A stretch of DNA of 64,000 nucleotides from Planctomycetota bacterium (GCA_024280885.1 JAJRPF010000044.1:25622-89621), one strand, 5' to 3'. Shown: positions 1 through 10,805, numbered from the stretch's first letter. Numbers and translations are program-made. The notes: a model not told the origin generated them from the letters alone.

Positions 1-1
1 A

Positions 2-1147
2 TTGGTCGGTGGCCAGCCGTCGCGACCTCAGCGCGATGCGCTTGAGCGCGGCGCACACATCGCCGTCGGTACGCCCGGACGCTTGGTCGACCATGTCCAA
101 TCGCGTTCGCTCAAGACGGAGTCGTTGACGACGCTCGTGTTGGACGAGGCCGATCGCATCCTCGACATGGGTTTCGCGGATGAGGTCGAGGCGATCCTGC
201 GTGCGCTGCCGGTCGTACGGCAGACGGTCCTCTTCTCGGCGACGTTTCCGGAGTCGATCACGGCCATCAGCGAGGCATATCAATGCGACGCCGTTCGCGT
301 GAGGATCGCTGATCCCGACGAGGCGAAAGACGAGATCCGGCAGTTGCAGGTCGTCACGGATGCACAGGACCGCTTCCACGCCCTTTGCTGGTTGCTGCAC
401 GAGTTTCCGCACGAGTCGGCGCTCATCTTCTGCAACTTCAAGGCGACCGTCGCGGAACTCGCGACGACTCTCGCGAATGCGGACATCAGTGCGGATCGGC
501 TCGACGGTGACCTCGATCAGTTTCACCGCGACCAGGTGCTCGCGCGCTTTCGCAACGGAAGCATCCGGCTCTTGATTGCGACCGACGTTGCGGGTCGGGG
601 GATCGACATCGAGGGCCTCGATCTCGTCATCAACTACGAGCTGCCGCAGCAATCCGAGATCTACGTCCACCGGATCGGGCGCACTGGCCGCGCGGGTAAG
701 TCGGGGACCGCAATCTCGTTGACGATCGTCGGCCAAGACAAGCGCATCCGCGCGATCGAAGAACTGACCGGCGTCGAGATCGAGATCGTCGAGCGCCATG
801 CAGGCAACGAGGTCGGACTCGGCGTGCTGCTGCGCTCGCTCGCGCAGGGCGCGAAGATGGAGACGATCCTGATCTCGGGCGGCCGCAAGGACAAGGTGCG
901 GCCCGGCGATATCCTCGGCGCGTTGACGGGCGACGCGGGCGGTCTTCGCGGCAAGGATGTCGGCAAGATCGAGATCCAGGAACGCCTCTCCTACGTCGCG
1001 GTCGAGCGGACCGTTGCGCGTGCGGCCGTCGAGCGTCTCAACCGCGGCCGCATCAAGGGCAAGCGCTTCCGCGCGACGCTCGTCCGCGGAACGGCGACTG
1101 CTCGCGGATCGAATGCGGGCGACCGAAGTTCATCGAGGCGTTGGTGA
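2..1147 (+). CDS. dbpA: DEAD-box RNA helicase DbpA (5' end outside window)
   Basis: GTPGR, LVLDEAD, SAT and HRIGRTGRAG helicase motifs; C-terminal DbpA RNA-binding domain (ISGGRKDKVRPGDILGAL...GKIEI). Confidence 0.93.
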   Translation: MVGGQPSRPQRDALERGAHIAVGTPGRLVDHVQSRSLKTESLTTLVLDEADRILDMGFADEVEAILRALPVVRQTVLFSATFPESITAISEAYQCDAVRVRIADPDEAKDEIRQLQVVTDAQDRFHALCWLLHEFPHESALIFCNFKATVAELATTLANADISADRLDGDLDQFHRDQVLARFRNGSIRLLIATDVAGRGIDIEGLDLVINYELPQQSEIYVHRIGRTGRAGKSGTAISLTIVGQDKRIRAIEELTGVEIEIVERHAGNEVGLGVLLRSLAQGAKMETILISGGRKDKVRPGDILGALTGDAGGLRGKDVGKIEIQERLSYVAVERTVARAAVERLNRGRIKGKRFRATLVRGTATARGSNAGDRSSSRRW

Positions 1148-1153
1148 GAAACG

Positions 1154-1399
1154 ATGGCTGACACGCATGCGAACGATCCGCTACACGGCGTGACGCTGAA
1201 AGCCATCCTCAAGGATCTGGTCGCGCGTCGCGGCTGGGATGGCCTGGAGGAGCACGTCCGTGTGCGCTGCTTCGCGTTCAACCCGACCATCAACTCGAGT
1301 CTGAAGTTCCTGCGCCGCACACCGTGGGCTCGCCGTCGGATCGAACAACTCTACATCGGCGACCAAGAGTCCATCCGCCGCTTCGAGAGTCGAGAATAG
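1154..1399 (+). CDS. VF530/DUF2132 family small protein
   Basis: NDPLHGVTLKAIL...NPTINSSLKFLRRTPWAR signature. Confidence 0.88.
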   Translation: MADTHANDPLHGVTLKAILKDLVARRGWDGLEEHVRVRCFAFNPTINSSLKFLRRTPWARRRIEQLYIGDQESIRRFESRE

Positions 1400-1448
1400 C
1401 GCCGCTGACTTCTCGGCAGGACTGACACGCCGACGCGCAGAACCCCCG

Positions 1449-2807
1449 CTATTCGTCGCCGAGGAAGTCGGCGAGCGGGGCAAGTGCTTCCGGATCGACT
1501 GCGCGCGCGTCGGCGCGCGACGCGTACGTCCTTTCAACGCCGTTGCGCTCGACGAGGACCGTGCCGTCCTGGCTGACGACGACGCGCACGCGCTGACCGT
1601 TCTCGACGCGAACGCATTCTGTCAGCGTCTGGCGGCTCTCCATCGCGCGGTCCTCGAGTTGTTCCAGGCGGGTCAGCTCGTCGATCGGACCGCCGAAACC
1701 CCTCCACGCGACAGCGCGGACGCGCACTTCGGAGTCGCCGCCAACGCTACCTGCGTGCGGCCGAGCGGTCCGGACGGCGTTCAACTGCGTGACAAGTGTG
1801 AGCATCCCCTGATGCATCTCGTCGAGTGCGAATGGGAGTTCGTCGCCGCGGATCGTGAAGCCCGTGACCACATTGTCGGGGCCACCGAGAACGGCGATTG
1901 TGCCCGCGGCGGCTTCGTGTACGTCGATGACGGGGTGTCCCATCGCGATCCGCACGGCGATGTTCGATGTGTAGTCGCGTAACCGCGCGAGGCGGAACAC
2001 GTGCGCTCCGTCGGTTGGCACCGGAAGGAGCGCGGCCACGTCGGCGTCGGAGAGATCGATGTGCTCACCGGTCGATCGCCGTGTCACACGCGCGTCGCCG
2101 AGGCGCACCTCGAAACGGACCTGTTTCAGACGGTCCGTCGTGAGGGCGAGCTCCGGTGAGGGGGCGCCGGCAATCGGGGCGGGCACCGATGCGAAGACGC
2201 GCACCGTGCGGCTGGTGAGCGTCGGCTGCATGTCGAAGTCGGCGACGACGAGTCGGATCGACTTGCCGGAGATCTCTGCGCCACCGCCGAGGATCTCCAG
2301 TCGAAAACTCTGCGCATCTCCGTCGCCGACGATGCGGAATGTGGAGCCGGGATCCGGGGTGATCTCGGCGCCCGGTCCGCGCAACGTGCGTGTCCCGCCC
2401 TGGACGAAGATGGTGGCGCCCGGATGCACGACGCGCGTCTCACTCTCCCAGCGGTCGCCGCGAAGGACTTGCACGGGGTCGCCGTCGATCGCGAACGCGG
2501 CTTCGGTCGGACGTAGGGCGAACGTGCCGGCGCCGGCGGCGGCGAGCACGATGGCCGCTGCGGCCCAGCGCCGCAACGAGCTTGCGAAGAGCGTGCTCAG
2601 AAAGGGCCGCGCCGAGGTGGGCTTCCTGGTACCCCGGGCGCGCTCCCAAGCAGTGTCGGCGATGCGCTCCGCGGTGCCGGCGCTCGTCGCGACGTCGCTC
2701 ATTGCCGGCTGAGAAGCTGCCCGCACAGCGCGCACCACGCGGCGCATCTCTCTGCGCGCATGGTCGTCGCTGCCATCGCCGTCGTGGCGGTTGTCAGTGT
2801 TGGTCAT
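1449..2807 (-). CDS. Putative membrane-anchored anti-sigma factor (FecR-like extracytoplasmic part)
   Basis: Overlaps the end of an ECF sigma gene; short N-terminal cytoplasmic region, one TM helix (WAAAAIVLAAAGAGTFAL), beta-rich region. Confidence 0.6.
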   Translation of the reverse strand: MTNTDNRHDGDGSDDHARREMRRVVRAVRAASQPAMSDVATSAGTAERIADTAWERARGTRKPTSARPFLSTLFASSLRRWAAAAIVLAAAGAGTFALRPTEAAFAIDGDPVQVLRGDRWESETRVVHPGATIFVQGGTRTLRGPGAEITPDPGSTFRIVGDGDAQSFRLEILGGGAEISGKSIRLVVADFDMQPTLTSRTVRVFASVPAPIAGAPSPELALTTDRLKQVRFEVRLGDARVTRRSTGEHIDLSDADVAALLPVPTDGAHVFRLARLRDYTSNIAVRIAMGHPVIDVHEAAAGTIAVLGGPDNVVTGFTIRGDELPFALDEMHQGMLTLVTQLNAVRTARPHAGSVGGDSEVRVRAVAWRGFGGPIDELTRLEQLEDRAMESRQTLTECVRVENGQRVRVVVSQDGTVLVERNGVERTYASRADARAVDPEALAPLADFLGDE

Positions 2808-3453
2808 GGATCACCTCCAGGGCAACGCGGACTTGCTGGAGACCTCGGCTCACCCAAGTGCGAATGGTCGTGACGGGTGCGTCGAGGCGCTTCGCGACGG
2901 TCTCGTACGACAGTTCCTCGACGATGCGCAGCGTCACCGCCATGCGCATCCGGACTGGCAGCTTCTCGATTGCGGCGCGCGCCAGGTCGGCCTCTTCCCG
3001 CAGTTGCGCGGCACGCGGCGGCCGACTGGCGTTCCCGTCGGGCACCGTGTCTTGCTCCACGTCCGACGGCGGCGCCAATCGTCTTCGGCGCGCCTGCTTG
3101 CGTTGCCAATCGGTCGCGAGATTGAGCGCGATCGTTCCCGCCCACGTTGCGAACGACGAGCGCCCGTCGAAGCGTTCTAGATTCTTCAGCGCCTTGGTGA
3201 AGACCTCCTGGACGAGATCCTCGACCGGTCCCCGTGGGCCGAGTCGTTGCCGGATCAGGCCAGCCAGCATGCGGTGGTGACGTTCCACGAGCACGCCGAA
3301 TGCCGCGCGATTTCCGTCGCGGGCGAGATCGAGAAGCGGCCCGCTCTCAAGAGACGCGAAGTCCTCCGTCCGAGCCGGCAGGGCGTGGAGTCGCGCCGCG
3401 GCCGCCTTTGGAGCGGCGCGATCACCGGGTGCCGGGAGGGCGCTTGACGTCAA
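2794..3453 (-). CDS. ECF sigma factor
   Basis: EDLVQEVFTKA, FDGRSSFATWAGTIALN, LSYETVAKRL...WVSRG region 2 and 4 motifs. Confidence 0.9.
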   Translation of the reverse strand: MTSSALPAPGDRAAPKAAAARLHALPARTEDFASLESGPLLDLARDGNRAAFGVLVERHHRMLAGLIRQRLGPRGPVEDLVQEVFTKALKNLERFDGRSSFATWAGTIALNLATDWQRKQARRRRLAPPSDVEQDTVPDGNASRPPRAAQLREEADLARAAIEKLPVRMRMAVTLRIVEELSYETVAKRLDAPVTTIRTWVSRGLQQVRVALEVIHDQH

Positions 3454-3462
3454 CTCCGCTGG

Positions 3463-4329
3463 CTACTTGTCTTCGCCGATGATCTCGATCGATTCCGTCG
3501 CGCTGATTTCCAGCGTGCCCCCGGGGTCGGCTTCCAGGTTCCGGACGCGCACGTCGCCCGAAAATCGGAACCGATTGCGACGGCCCGCGCCCATCGCATT
3601 GGCAAAGCCCTCTTCGTTCCAGGACTTCTTCTGCTCGTCGTTCAGGGCGTTGTCCACGCGCTCCGAAAACGTCTTGCGCGCCTCGGCCATCTTCGCGCCG
3701 TCCACCTGGTGAAACATCACTGTGCCGCCGTTCGCGGTGGTGGTGGTGGACTTGGTCACCGCGCTTTTCATGGCCTCTTGGAGTACCTCGGTGGCGCCGC
3801 GGATCTCGTCCACCTGCACCGAGTTGAGCCCCAGTGTGTCGGTTGCGTACTGCCAGCGCTCTTCTTCCGGCATCGCGCGGATCTTCATGCCCTTCGCGAA
3901 GCGTTGCTGCATCCCGGTCGCTGATCGCACGTCCCACAGGCGTCCGTCGAGATCCGCGGTGCGCACCGAAATCGCATCACGCACCCCCGGTGGGGGCTCG
4001 CCGCCCGGACCGCTCTGTATCGTCCACTCCGGGACGGTGACGCCCGGCACTCCCGCAGTCGGCCGACCGGCCTCCCGCTCGCTCGCCTGTCGCGCCACCT
4101 CCAACTCGACGGCGACGATCCGCTCGCTCACGTCGGCAACCGCGTCTCGGTTCGCGGCCGCCGCATCACGCAGGGCGTCGATCCCCTTCGCCACGTCGCT
4201 GAGGCGCGTGAGGAGCACCGAATCCTCGGTCTCGGCGGGCGACGTCGAGAATGCTCCCGCGACGCCTCCAGCGACTGCGCCGAACGCGCCCGCGACGACC
4301 ACCAGACCGACGAGGTGACTTGCCTTCAT
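3463..4329 (-). CDS. Exported coiled-coil protein with Spy/CpxP (LTxxQ)-like helical region
   Basis: N-terminal hydrophobic signal/anchor; LGLNSVQVDEIR and LNDEQKKSW degenerate LTxxQ motifs. Confidence 0.55.
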   Translation of the reverse strand: MKASHLVGLVVVAGAFGAVAGGVAGAFSTSPAETEDSVLLTRLSDVAKGIDALRDAAAANRDAVADVSERIVAVELEVARQASEREAGRPTAGVPGVTVPEWTIQSGPGGEPPPGVRDAISVRTADLDGRLWDVRSATGMQQRFAKGMKIRAMPEEERWQYATDTLGLNSVQVDEIRGATEVLQEAMKSAVTKSTTTTANGGTVMFHQVDGAKMAEARKTFSERVDNALNDEQKKSWNEEGFANAMGAGRRNRFRFSGDVRVRNLEADPGGTLEISATESIEIIGEDK

Positions 4330-4540
4330 GACCGTTGCTCCCATTCAGGATCAGATGCTGAGCCTCAGCACCCCTTGGACGCGCGGGCGAGGTGGCCGTG
4401 TCGGTCATTCTGCACGCTCTCGCACGACCGGGCACACGGCCGCTCGATCCGGGCCAGAACGCAGCCTCGAAGGCGCCCGCGGACGCCGCGCCCCGTAGGA
4501 AGTGGCGCGATGGCCCGCGGGGTGTTCGGATTCGGGGTCC

Positions 4541-6214
4541 ATGCAGCGCACCGACTACGTATTCAACCTGGAAGACGTCAAGAAGTCCTATGACGGCAAG
4601 GAGGTCCTGAAGGGGATCACCCTGTCGTTCCTGCCCGGCGCCAAGATCGGCGTCATCGGCGCCAACGGCGCGGGCAAGTCCACGCTGATGCGGATCATCG
4701 CGGGCCAGGAAACCGAGTTCGACGGCGTTGCCCGGTCCGCCCCCGGCATCAACGTCGGTTACGTCTCGCAGGAGCCGAAGCTCGATCCCGAGAAGGACGT
4801 GCGCGGCAACATCGAAGACGGGCTCTCCGGCATCCGTGGGGTGCTCGCAAAGTACGAGGAACTCTCGGCGAAGCTGGGCGAGGAACTCTCCGACGACGCG
4901 ATGCAGAAGGTCTTGGACCGCATGAACGTCGTTCAAGAGGAGATCGACGCCGCCGACGGATGGCAGATCGATCTCAAGGTCGAGATTGCGATGGAGGCCC
5001 TGCGTACACCGCCCGGCGACGCGCGGATCGAGACGCTCTCTGGCGGTGAGAAGCGCCGCGTGGCGCTTGCACGCATGTTGCTCAGTCAGCCCGACATCCT
5101 GCTCCTCGACGAGCCGACGAACCACCTCGACGCCGAGTCGGTCGCGTGGCTCGAAGAGCACCTGCGCGAGTACCCGGGCACCGTCATCCTGGTGACGCAC
5201 GACCGCTACTTCCTCGACAACGTCGTCGGCTGGATGCTCGAGATCGAGCGCGGGCGCGGCATCCCTTACAAGGGCAACTACTCCGACTACCTGGGTGCGA
5301 AGGCGAAGCGCTCCGACGTCGAGTCGCGCGAGCGGCAGAAGCGCGGCAAGCATGTCTCGCGCGAACTCGAGTGGGTGCGGCAGACGCCGAAGGCGCGCAA
5401 CGCGAAGAGCAAGTCCCGTCTGCGCCGCTACGACGAGTTGCTTGCGGAAGAGTACGAGCACGCCGAGGACGAGGTCGATCTGCAGATCCCCCCGGGACCG
5501 CGCCTCGGCGAGCGCGTCGTGCGCTTCGAGAACGTCAGCAAGTCGTACGGCGATCGCAAGCTCATCGACAACCTCTCGATCGAGATCCCGCGCGGTGCGA
5601 TCGTCGGCGTCATCGGTCCGAACGGCGCGGGCAAGACGACGTTCTTGCGCCTCATCAACGCGGACATCGAGGCGGACGAGGGCAACGTCATCCGCGGTGA
5701 GACGCTGAAGGTCACGTACGTCGATCAGTCGCGCGACGATCTCGACAACGACAAGACCGTCTTCCAGGAGATCTCCGGCGGCTCCGATTGGGTGCCCTTC
5801 GGGAACAAGGCGATCCACTCGCGCGGCTACGTCAGTCGCTTCAATTTCCGCGGTCCCGATCAGCAGAAGAAGGTCGGCGACCTCTCGGGTGGTCAGCGCA
5901 ACCGCGTGCAGATGGCGAAGCTGCTGCGCCTCGGCGCCAACATGCTCATGCTCGACGAACCGACGAACGATCTCGATCTTCAGACTCTGCGCGTACTCGA
6001 AGACGCTCTCTGCGCCTTCGCCGGTTGCGCGATCATCGTGAGCCACGACCGCTGGTTCCTGGACCGCGTCGCGACGCACATTCTCGCGTTCGAGGGCAAC
6101 GGCGTCGCACGCTGGTTCGAGGGTGACTACGCGACGTACGCCGCACGTCGGGCCGAGGAGTTGGCCGCGTCCGGAGAGATCCGAAAGGGCCCGCGCCGAC
6201 GTCTGCGAGTCTGA
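4541..6214 (+). CDS. ettA: Energy-dependent translational throttle protein EttA (ABC-F)
   Basis: LKGITLSFLPGAKIGVIGANGAGKST N-terminus; two ABC cassettes (LSGGEKRR, LSGGQRNR); no TM segments. Confidence 0.95.
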   Translation: MQRTDYVFNLEDVKKSYDGKEVLKGITLSFLPGAKIGVIGANGAGKSTLMRIIAGQETEFDGVARSAPGINVGYVSQEPKLDPEKDVRGNIEDGLSGIRGVLAKYEELSAKLGEELSDDAMQKVLDRMNVVQEEIDAADGWQIDLKVEIAMEALRTPPGDARIETLSGGEKRRVALARMLLSQPDILLLDEPTNHLDAESVAWLEEHLREYPGTVILVTHDRYFLDNVVGWMLEIERGRGIPYKGNYSDYLGAKAKRSDVESRERQKRGKHVSRELEWVRQTPKARNAKSKSRLRRYDELLAEEYEHAEDEVDLQIPPGPRLGERVVRFENVSKSYGDRKLIDNLSIEIPRGAIVGVIGPNGAGKTTFLRLINADIEADEGNVIRGETLKVTYVDQSRDDLDNDKTVFQEISGGSDWVPFGNKAIHSRGYVSRFNFRGPDQQKKVGDLSGGQRNRVQMAKLLRLGANMLMLDEPTNDLDLQTLRVLEDALCAFAGCAIIVSHDRWFLDRVATHILAFEGNGVARWFEGDYATYAARRAEELAASGEIRKGPRRRLRV

Positions 6215-6338
6215 CTCGCCCGCCGATCCGGTCAGTCATTCGCGTCTCGCGAAGAAAAGCGTGTAACGCTTCGGCGTCCCCGGTCATCCAAGTGCGCGAC
6301 CGGCCGAACAGCGGCCGGACAACGCGAGGACGAGACCG

Positions 6339-6977
6339 ATGACGACGACCGCTGCACCCGATACTGAGACCATCCGCCCCACGGACGCCACTGGTGCGAG
6401 CGACATCGCGATCACGCTCTCGCTCGTCGGCACGGACCGCGCTTCGGTGCATGCGGAGCACGAGGTGCGCGGAGGTCTGGAGTCGCACCGCGAGTCGCTC
6501 ATGCGCTTCGCCCTCACCCGCACGCGAAACTACGCCGAGGCCGAGGATCTCGTCCAGGAGACGATGCTACGTGCGCTGCGGTTCTCTTCGTCGTACCGCC
6601 CCGGCACCAATCTACGCGGTTGGTTGAAGACGATCCTGCGCAACACGTGGATCAACCGCGGGCGCGCAGCAGCAATCCGACCGAAGACCCTGGCGTGCGA
6701 CGAAGCCCCGCGCATCTTCGGCGCCCTCCCGGACCGCTCCTCACACGAGACCCCCGTCCAGGCCCGCGACTTCACGGAACGCCGTGACGAAGTGGACGGC
6801 CCCGTCCACGACGCCATCGCCGCGCTCTCGCAAGAGCACCGCGACGTCCTCCTCCTCTCGGTCCTCGACGAGTTCTCGCACAGCGAGATCGCCGAACAAC
6901 TCGGCATCCCCGAGGGAACGGTGATGTCGCGCCTCTTCCGGGCAAGAGCAGCAGCAAGACGACACTTCGCGGCGTAG
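6339..6977 (+). CDS. ECF sigma factor (SigH/SigR-like), no adjacent anti-sigma
   Basis: AEDLVQETMLRA, YRPGTNLRGWLKTILRN, IPEGTVMSRLFRAR. Confidence 0.9.
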   Translation: MTTTAAPDTETIRPTDATGASDIAITLSLVGTDRASVHAEHEVRGGLESHRESLMRFALTRTRNYAEAEDLVQETMLRALRFSSSYRPGTNLRGWLKTILRNTWINRGRAAAIRPKTLACDEAPRIFGALPDRSSHETPVQARDFTERRDEVDGPVHDAIAALSQEHRDVLLLSVLDEFSHSEIAEQLGIPEGTVMSRLFRARAAARRHFAA

Positions 6978-7028
6978 CAAGGGCAGCTCGGCCGCCGAGA
7001 ACCCCCACTTCGAGTGATTCGCAGGTTC

Positions 7029-7054
7029 AAGAGGCGCGAAAGCAGGCCCGGTCT
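7029..7054 (+). repeat. Solo arm of the AAAAGGCGCGAAAACAGACCCGGTCT repeat family
   Basis: aagaggcgcgaaagcaggcccggtct matches arms at 10806, 23896 and 47078. Confidence 0.65.
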
Positions 7055-7067
7055 GGTTCCGGCGGGA

Positions 7068-7990
7068 TCATCTATCTTCACGCGCGCGGTGACGACGTGA
7101 GTCGTCGCGCTCCTTGGAACGCCACGCAGCGATGAGAGCCGCGTCGATCACGAGTTGCACTTCAAGGTCGCTCTCTTCACGTCGTGCGAGTCGCATCGCA
7201 TCCAGGGCAGACTTCTCTGTGATCCGCTCGCGATGTAGCCGATCAGCGGCGGCCAGACGCACGTCGGGATCCTCGGCGCGGAGCAACTCAAGCAACCGGG
7301 CCACGTCGAGATCCTCACCGAGCTGCGACTGCCCGCGAAGCAGGCGTGCCCGCCGTCGCAACTCCCGATCCGAGTCCGTCAGGGCGATCTCTCGCAGGGC
7401 GCCCAGATGGTGCTGGGCGCTCGAGGGCTTCATGGCGAGCGCCCGTAGCAGGACGTACCTCTGCGACGCATCGCCGTCGCGCTGCGCGCTATCGAGGTTC
7501 AGATGCACGGCGAGACCGTGCGAAGCAGCGACGAGGTGCTTCGCCGGAAGGTCCGAGAGGGCATCGAGCAGAGCGTCGCCGAGTCGCGGATCCGGTGCCA
7601 GGTTGCGATGCAACGCCGTGAGGATACCGACATCAATCCGTCCAGTGCGCAGAGCGTTGAGGACCCGGTCCGCGTCGTCGGCTTGTCGGACGCCGTGTTC
7701 GGGGAGTCGTGCGCTGGGTTGCGCGGTCGGCAGCGGAGATTCAGAACTGAACGTCCGCGTACCGGGGTCGAAGTCCCGCATTGCAGCCGCGTGGGCGTCT
7801 GCTACCGGCTGGCCGCCATGCTCGACGGTTGCGCTCGCGGCTCCCGCTCTACGCGCGCAGGGGGACGCGCGCCTCCGCCGCCGTCTGGCGGCTCGGCGTC
7901 GCGTCGCAACTCCCCTGCGAGGAGAACGAGTAGTGCGCTTCCCGCGCCCGCGAGGACGAGAGAAACGACCAGCAGGGAACGCACGCGCAT
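7068..7990 (-). pseudogene. Exported HEAT-repeat protein split by a 1-nt frameshift (real or sequencing error)
   Basis: 62-aa signal-peptide ORF (7802-7990) and HEAT-like ORF (7068-7781; LRAEDPDVRLAAADRL) join if one base is added at the G5 run 7860-7864. Confidence 0.5.
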
Positions 7991-8137
7991 GTTGCTACCC
8001 TATGTGAAGTGTCCGAAGCGCCCACGGTGTGGATTGACCGGCTCCCCTATCAGAGCGACTGACGTGAAGTTCTGATCCACGTTGCGTAGCATCGACCAAG
8101 AACACCGGGTGCTGCGCGGAGCATGGAGGCGCCTCGA

Positions 8138-9319
8138 ATGAAGGCTTACTGCTCTCAAATCGCCCTTCTGACGACCATCGTGTCGGTGGCTCTTTCATGC
8201 GCGCGCGTGGCCGAGACTGAGCCGCCGACGCGCACGTCGGACGGTTCCGCCGTCGCCGCGGAGCAACTGAGAGCGGCGGCCGCGGATCCCGAACACGAGC
8301 AGGCTTTCGTGACGTGGCTAGCAGAGCGACGCGTCTCACGAAGCTCGGCTGCGGACTCAGCTGCGGAGACCTGCATCGCGATGGTGCGGCGCACGCCGAG
8401 TGTGTCGTTTGTCCTCATCGTCAACACGAGCGATTCGACCCGCGTCGTGACCTGGGACGTGCCGAGTGACTGGACACGACAACAAGCTGCGCCTGTACTG
8501 CGAGGAGGGTCCAGCGAGGACCGGTCGCCGGGCGCGGAGATCGAACGCGCGAGGGCGGCCATCCTGCTGCAGGAGTACAGCGGTACGCACTTTGATCGAG
8601 AGTTCCGGAAGGGACCGGACGGCCGGCGCAGCGGGAGGGTGACGTTCAGCACGGGCGGAGTCGATCTCTCTCGCGCCTACTGGGCTGCGCAACTCAAGCC
8701 CGGCCGGAACTGGGAGACCACGGGTTTCAGTATTGGCTTGGTCGGAAAACGCGCAGATGGTCCGCAGAGGGCACGCGTCGCCCGTCGAGGTGTTTGCGAC
8801 TTGATGTTGCAGATTGGCACATTGGCTTCCGAACCGGACACTATCGACGGTCATGCACTGGAAGGTCGATTGGGATTGTTTCGCGCCATCGTGAGCATGG
8901 CAATGAGCCGCAAGGGGCCGCTCCAACTCGTCGTCGCGCGGTCTGCACTCGCACTCCCGTTCAGCGGTGCGATCACTCCTGAGACCTCAAGCGCGTGGCG
9001 CGACGCAGCGACTCCACTGAAATCGCTGGCCACCGGCAACCCCGGCCCGCTCGCCGACGAGTTGGACGCTGTCGATGCGCTCTGCACCGCTCTTGGCGGG
9101 GGACCGGAGCACTTGCGAGACGCACTCGAGCTCGAACTCGGACGAGACCGCCCACGGTGCGTCATCGTGAGCGCGATCGCAGACCGCTGGACGTCGGCCA
9201 GTGGTCGGGATGCAGAGGCGGCACTCCGCGTGCTTGCTGAGGAGTACGCCGCTCGGCCCGTACATGATCGGGCGACGCGTGATGTTCTCCGGAGCTACGT
9301 ACAAGCTGAAAGCGACTAA
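8138..9319 (+). CDS. Hypothetical lipoprotein
   Basis: GGAGG RBS at 8125; signal peptide ending VALSC; 393-aa ORF with no recognised family. Confidence 0.6.
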   Translation: MKAYCSQIALLTTIVSVALSCARVAETEPPTRTSDGSAVAAEQLRAAAADPEHEQAFVTWLAERRVSRSSAADSAAETCIAMVRRTPSVSFVLIVNTSDSTRVVTWDVPSDWTRQQAAPVLRGGSSEDRSPGAEIERARAAILLQEYSGTHFDREFRKGPDGRRSGRVTFSTGGVDLSRAYWAAQLKPGRNWETTGFSIGLVGKRADGPQRARVARRGVCDLMLQIGTLASEPDTIDGHALEGRLGLFRAIVSMAMSRKGPLQLVVARSALALPFSGAITPETSSAWRDAATPLKSLATGNPGPLADELDAVDALCTALGGGPEHLRDALELELGRDRPRCVIVSAIADRWTSASGRDAEAALRVLAEEYAARPVHDRATRDVLRSYVQAESD

Positions 9320-9428
9320 TGCGCCGACGAATGCGGGGAGGCAGGATGCTGGAGAGGTCGACGCATCCGACGACCACCCGCGACCCGCCAGCGGGCAGTC
9401 ACAACCCGGATGGAGGTGATGAACGTTG

Positions 9429-10010
9429 ATGGAGTCCGCGAACCCGCAACGGGGACCCGCACTAGAGGCGCTCGGTCCCCCTGCGAGGCGTTCCCAACTG
9501 TCCAGCGACCACTGCGTGAAGGGCTGGCTCTTCCGCAGAGCGCGAGCCGGCTTTGGATTGCTTCTCACCGCGTGCGTGTGTGCCGTCTCGGCTTGCTCGT
9601 CTGTAGGTCCGCGCGAACTACGAGAGTCCCTGCGCGCACATTGGGCGGAAGGGGCCGATCCAGGGGATTGGGTCGATTGGATGAACGACGCAGACGGACT
9701 GTATCGGTGGCAGCGACCGTTCTCCAAGGGCCGCACGTCACCTGCGCGGAACGGACGGTACCTGATGATGGGGTACGACGACGGACCGTACTGGGCCGAT
9801 ACCTGGACTCGGGGATCGTCCGACTTGCTGGTGCCTCTGCCGCCAGGGTTCTTCGTGCTGGTGGAAGAGGACGGTCAGCTCGCATGGTTCAGCGAGGGTG
9901 CGGAGTTGCCGAACGGTGAGGCTGGACCGAGTTGGGTGTTGATCGGCACCGACACCGACATCACCGTCGTTGATCTTCACGCTGGGACACGATTCACGGA
10001 GTCGCGATAG
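9429..10010 (+). CDS. Hypothetical lipoprotein (true start possibly GTG 9516)
   Basis: Lipobox-like LLLTACVCAVSAC; Trp/Gly/Asp-rich body. Confidence 0.5.
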   Translation: MESANPQRGPALEALGPPARRSQLSSDHCVKGWLFRRARAGFGLLLTACVCAVSACSSVGPRELRESLRAHWAEGADPGDWVDWMNDADGLYRWQRPFSKGRTSPARNGRYLMMGYDDGPYWADTWTRGSSDLLVPLPPGFFVLVEEDGQLAWFSEGAELPNGEAGPSWVLIGTDTDITVVDLHAGTRFTESR

Positions 10011-10163
10011 TTTCCGCATTCGCGTCGCGTGAGCCCGCATGGGGGTGCGCGGATGCGAGCGCCGAATAGCCTCGGAGTATCGACTCGTGCGAGCGCTGTC
10101 TCGGCGGCCCTTCTCTGCACTGGGAGCCGCGGACAGATGTTCGCTCTCGTCCGTCGCGACGTT

Positions 10164-10740
10164 CTATTTCAGCTCGACGGATGTCCAGGTGCTGGGAATG
10201 GAAACGTCGATCCCACTCGGAGCTGGGGGCTCCTCACCCTCGGGGGGCGGCGCCCCGTTCCAGAGCGGCTTCTTGCCGAGCAGGCCGGTGTTCGCGACGG
10301 CGACCGTCGTGAACGGGGGGATGTCGAGGACGTGAGGCGAGAGCCAGATCTCGTACGTCTGGAGTTCCTTCGTACTCACGAACCCACCCACGTCCGTGAG
10401 CACGGACTTGCGCCGCGACTTCCACCGCTTGCCGTCCCATGCGAAGAGCTCGACCGCGACGGAGAGTTGCTTCCCGCGCTTCGGTTTGAGAACGACGCGG
10501 CGGCTGCTCTTGTCGCGCGCGCCCGCTGCCGGATCCGGATGCGCGATCACCTCGACGGCCGTGAGCCGCCCACCGACGCCGGCGATCAGATGCCCGCTCA
10601 CGAGCACTCCGCCGCCGGCCGCGGCGACCGAGGTGTGCGCGGTTCTCGGAGCGTCGTCGGGGACGGTCTCGTCGGGTTTGCCATCGAGCTCGGGGCGGTT
10701 GAGCCAGGCGTGAGAAAAACATGCCCGGCACGGTATTCCC
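10164..10740 (-). CDS. Hypothetical protein or gene fragment (start uncertain)
   Basis: C-terminal ~180 codons have coding-like GC3 usage; no clear start or RBS. Confidence 0.3.
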
Positions 10741-10805
10741 ACTCGTTCCCGGACGACGGCGTCCCGCAGCGCCGAGAATGCCGTGATCGAGCGATTCGCT
10801 GGCTC

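Noticed and set aside
4166-6079. 637-aa antisense ORF over ettA, and similar long shadow ORFs (17191-18489, 21868-23454, 49608-51623, 54623-56200)
   Set aside because: They mirror well-supported genes on the opposite strand, an expected artefact of high GC3; no motifs or RBS
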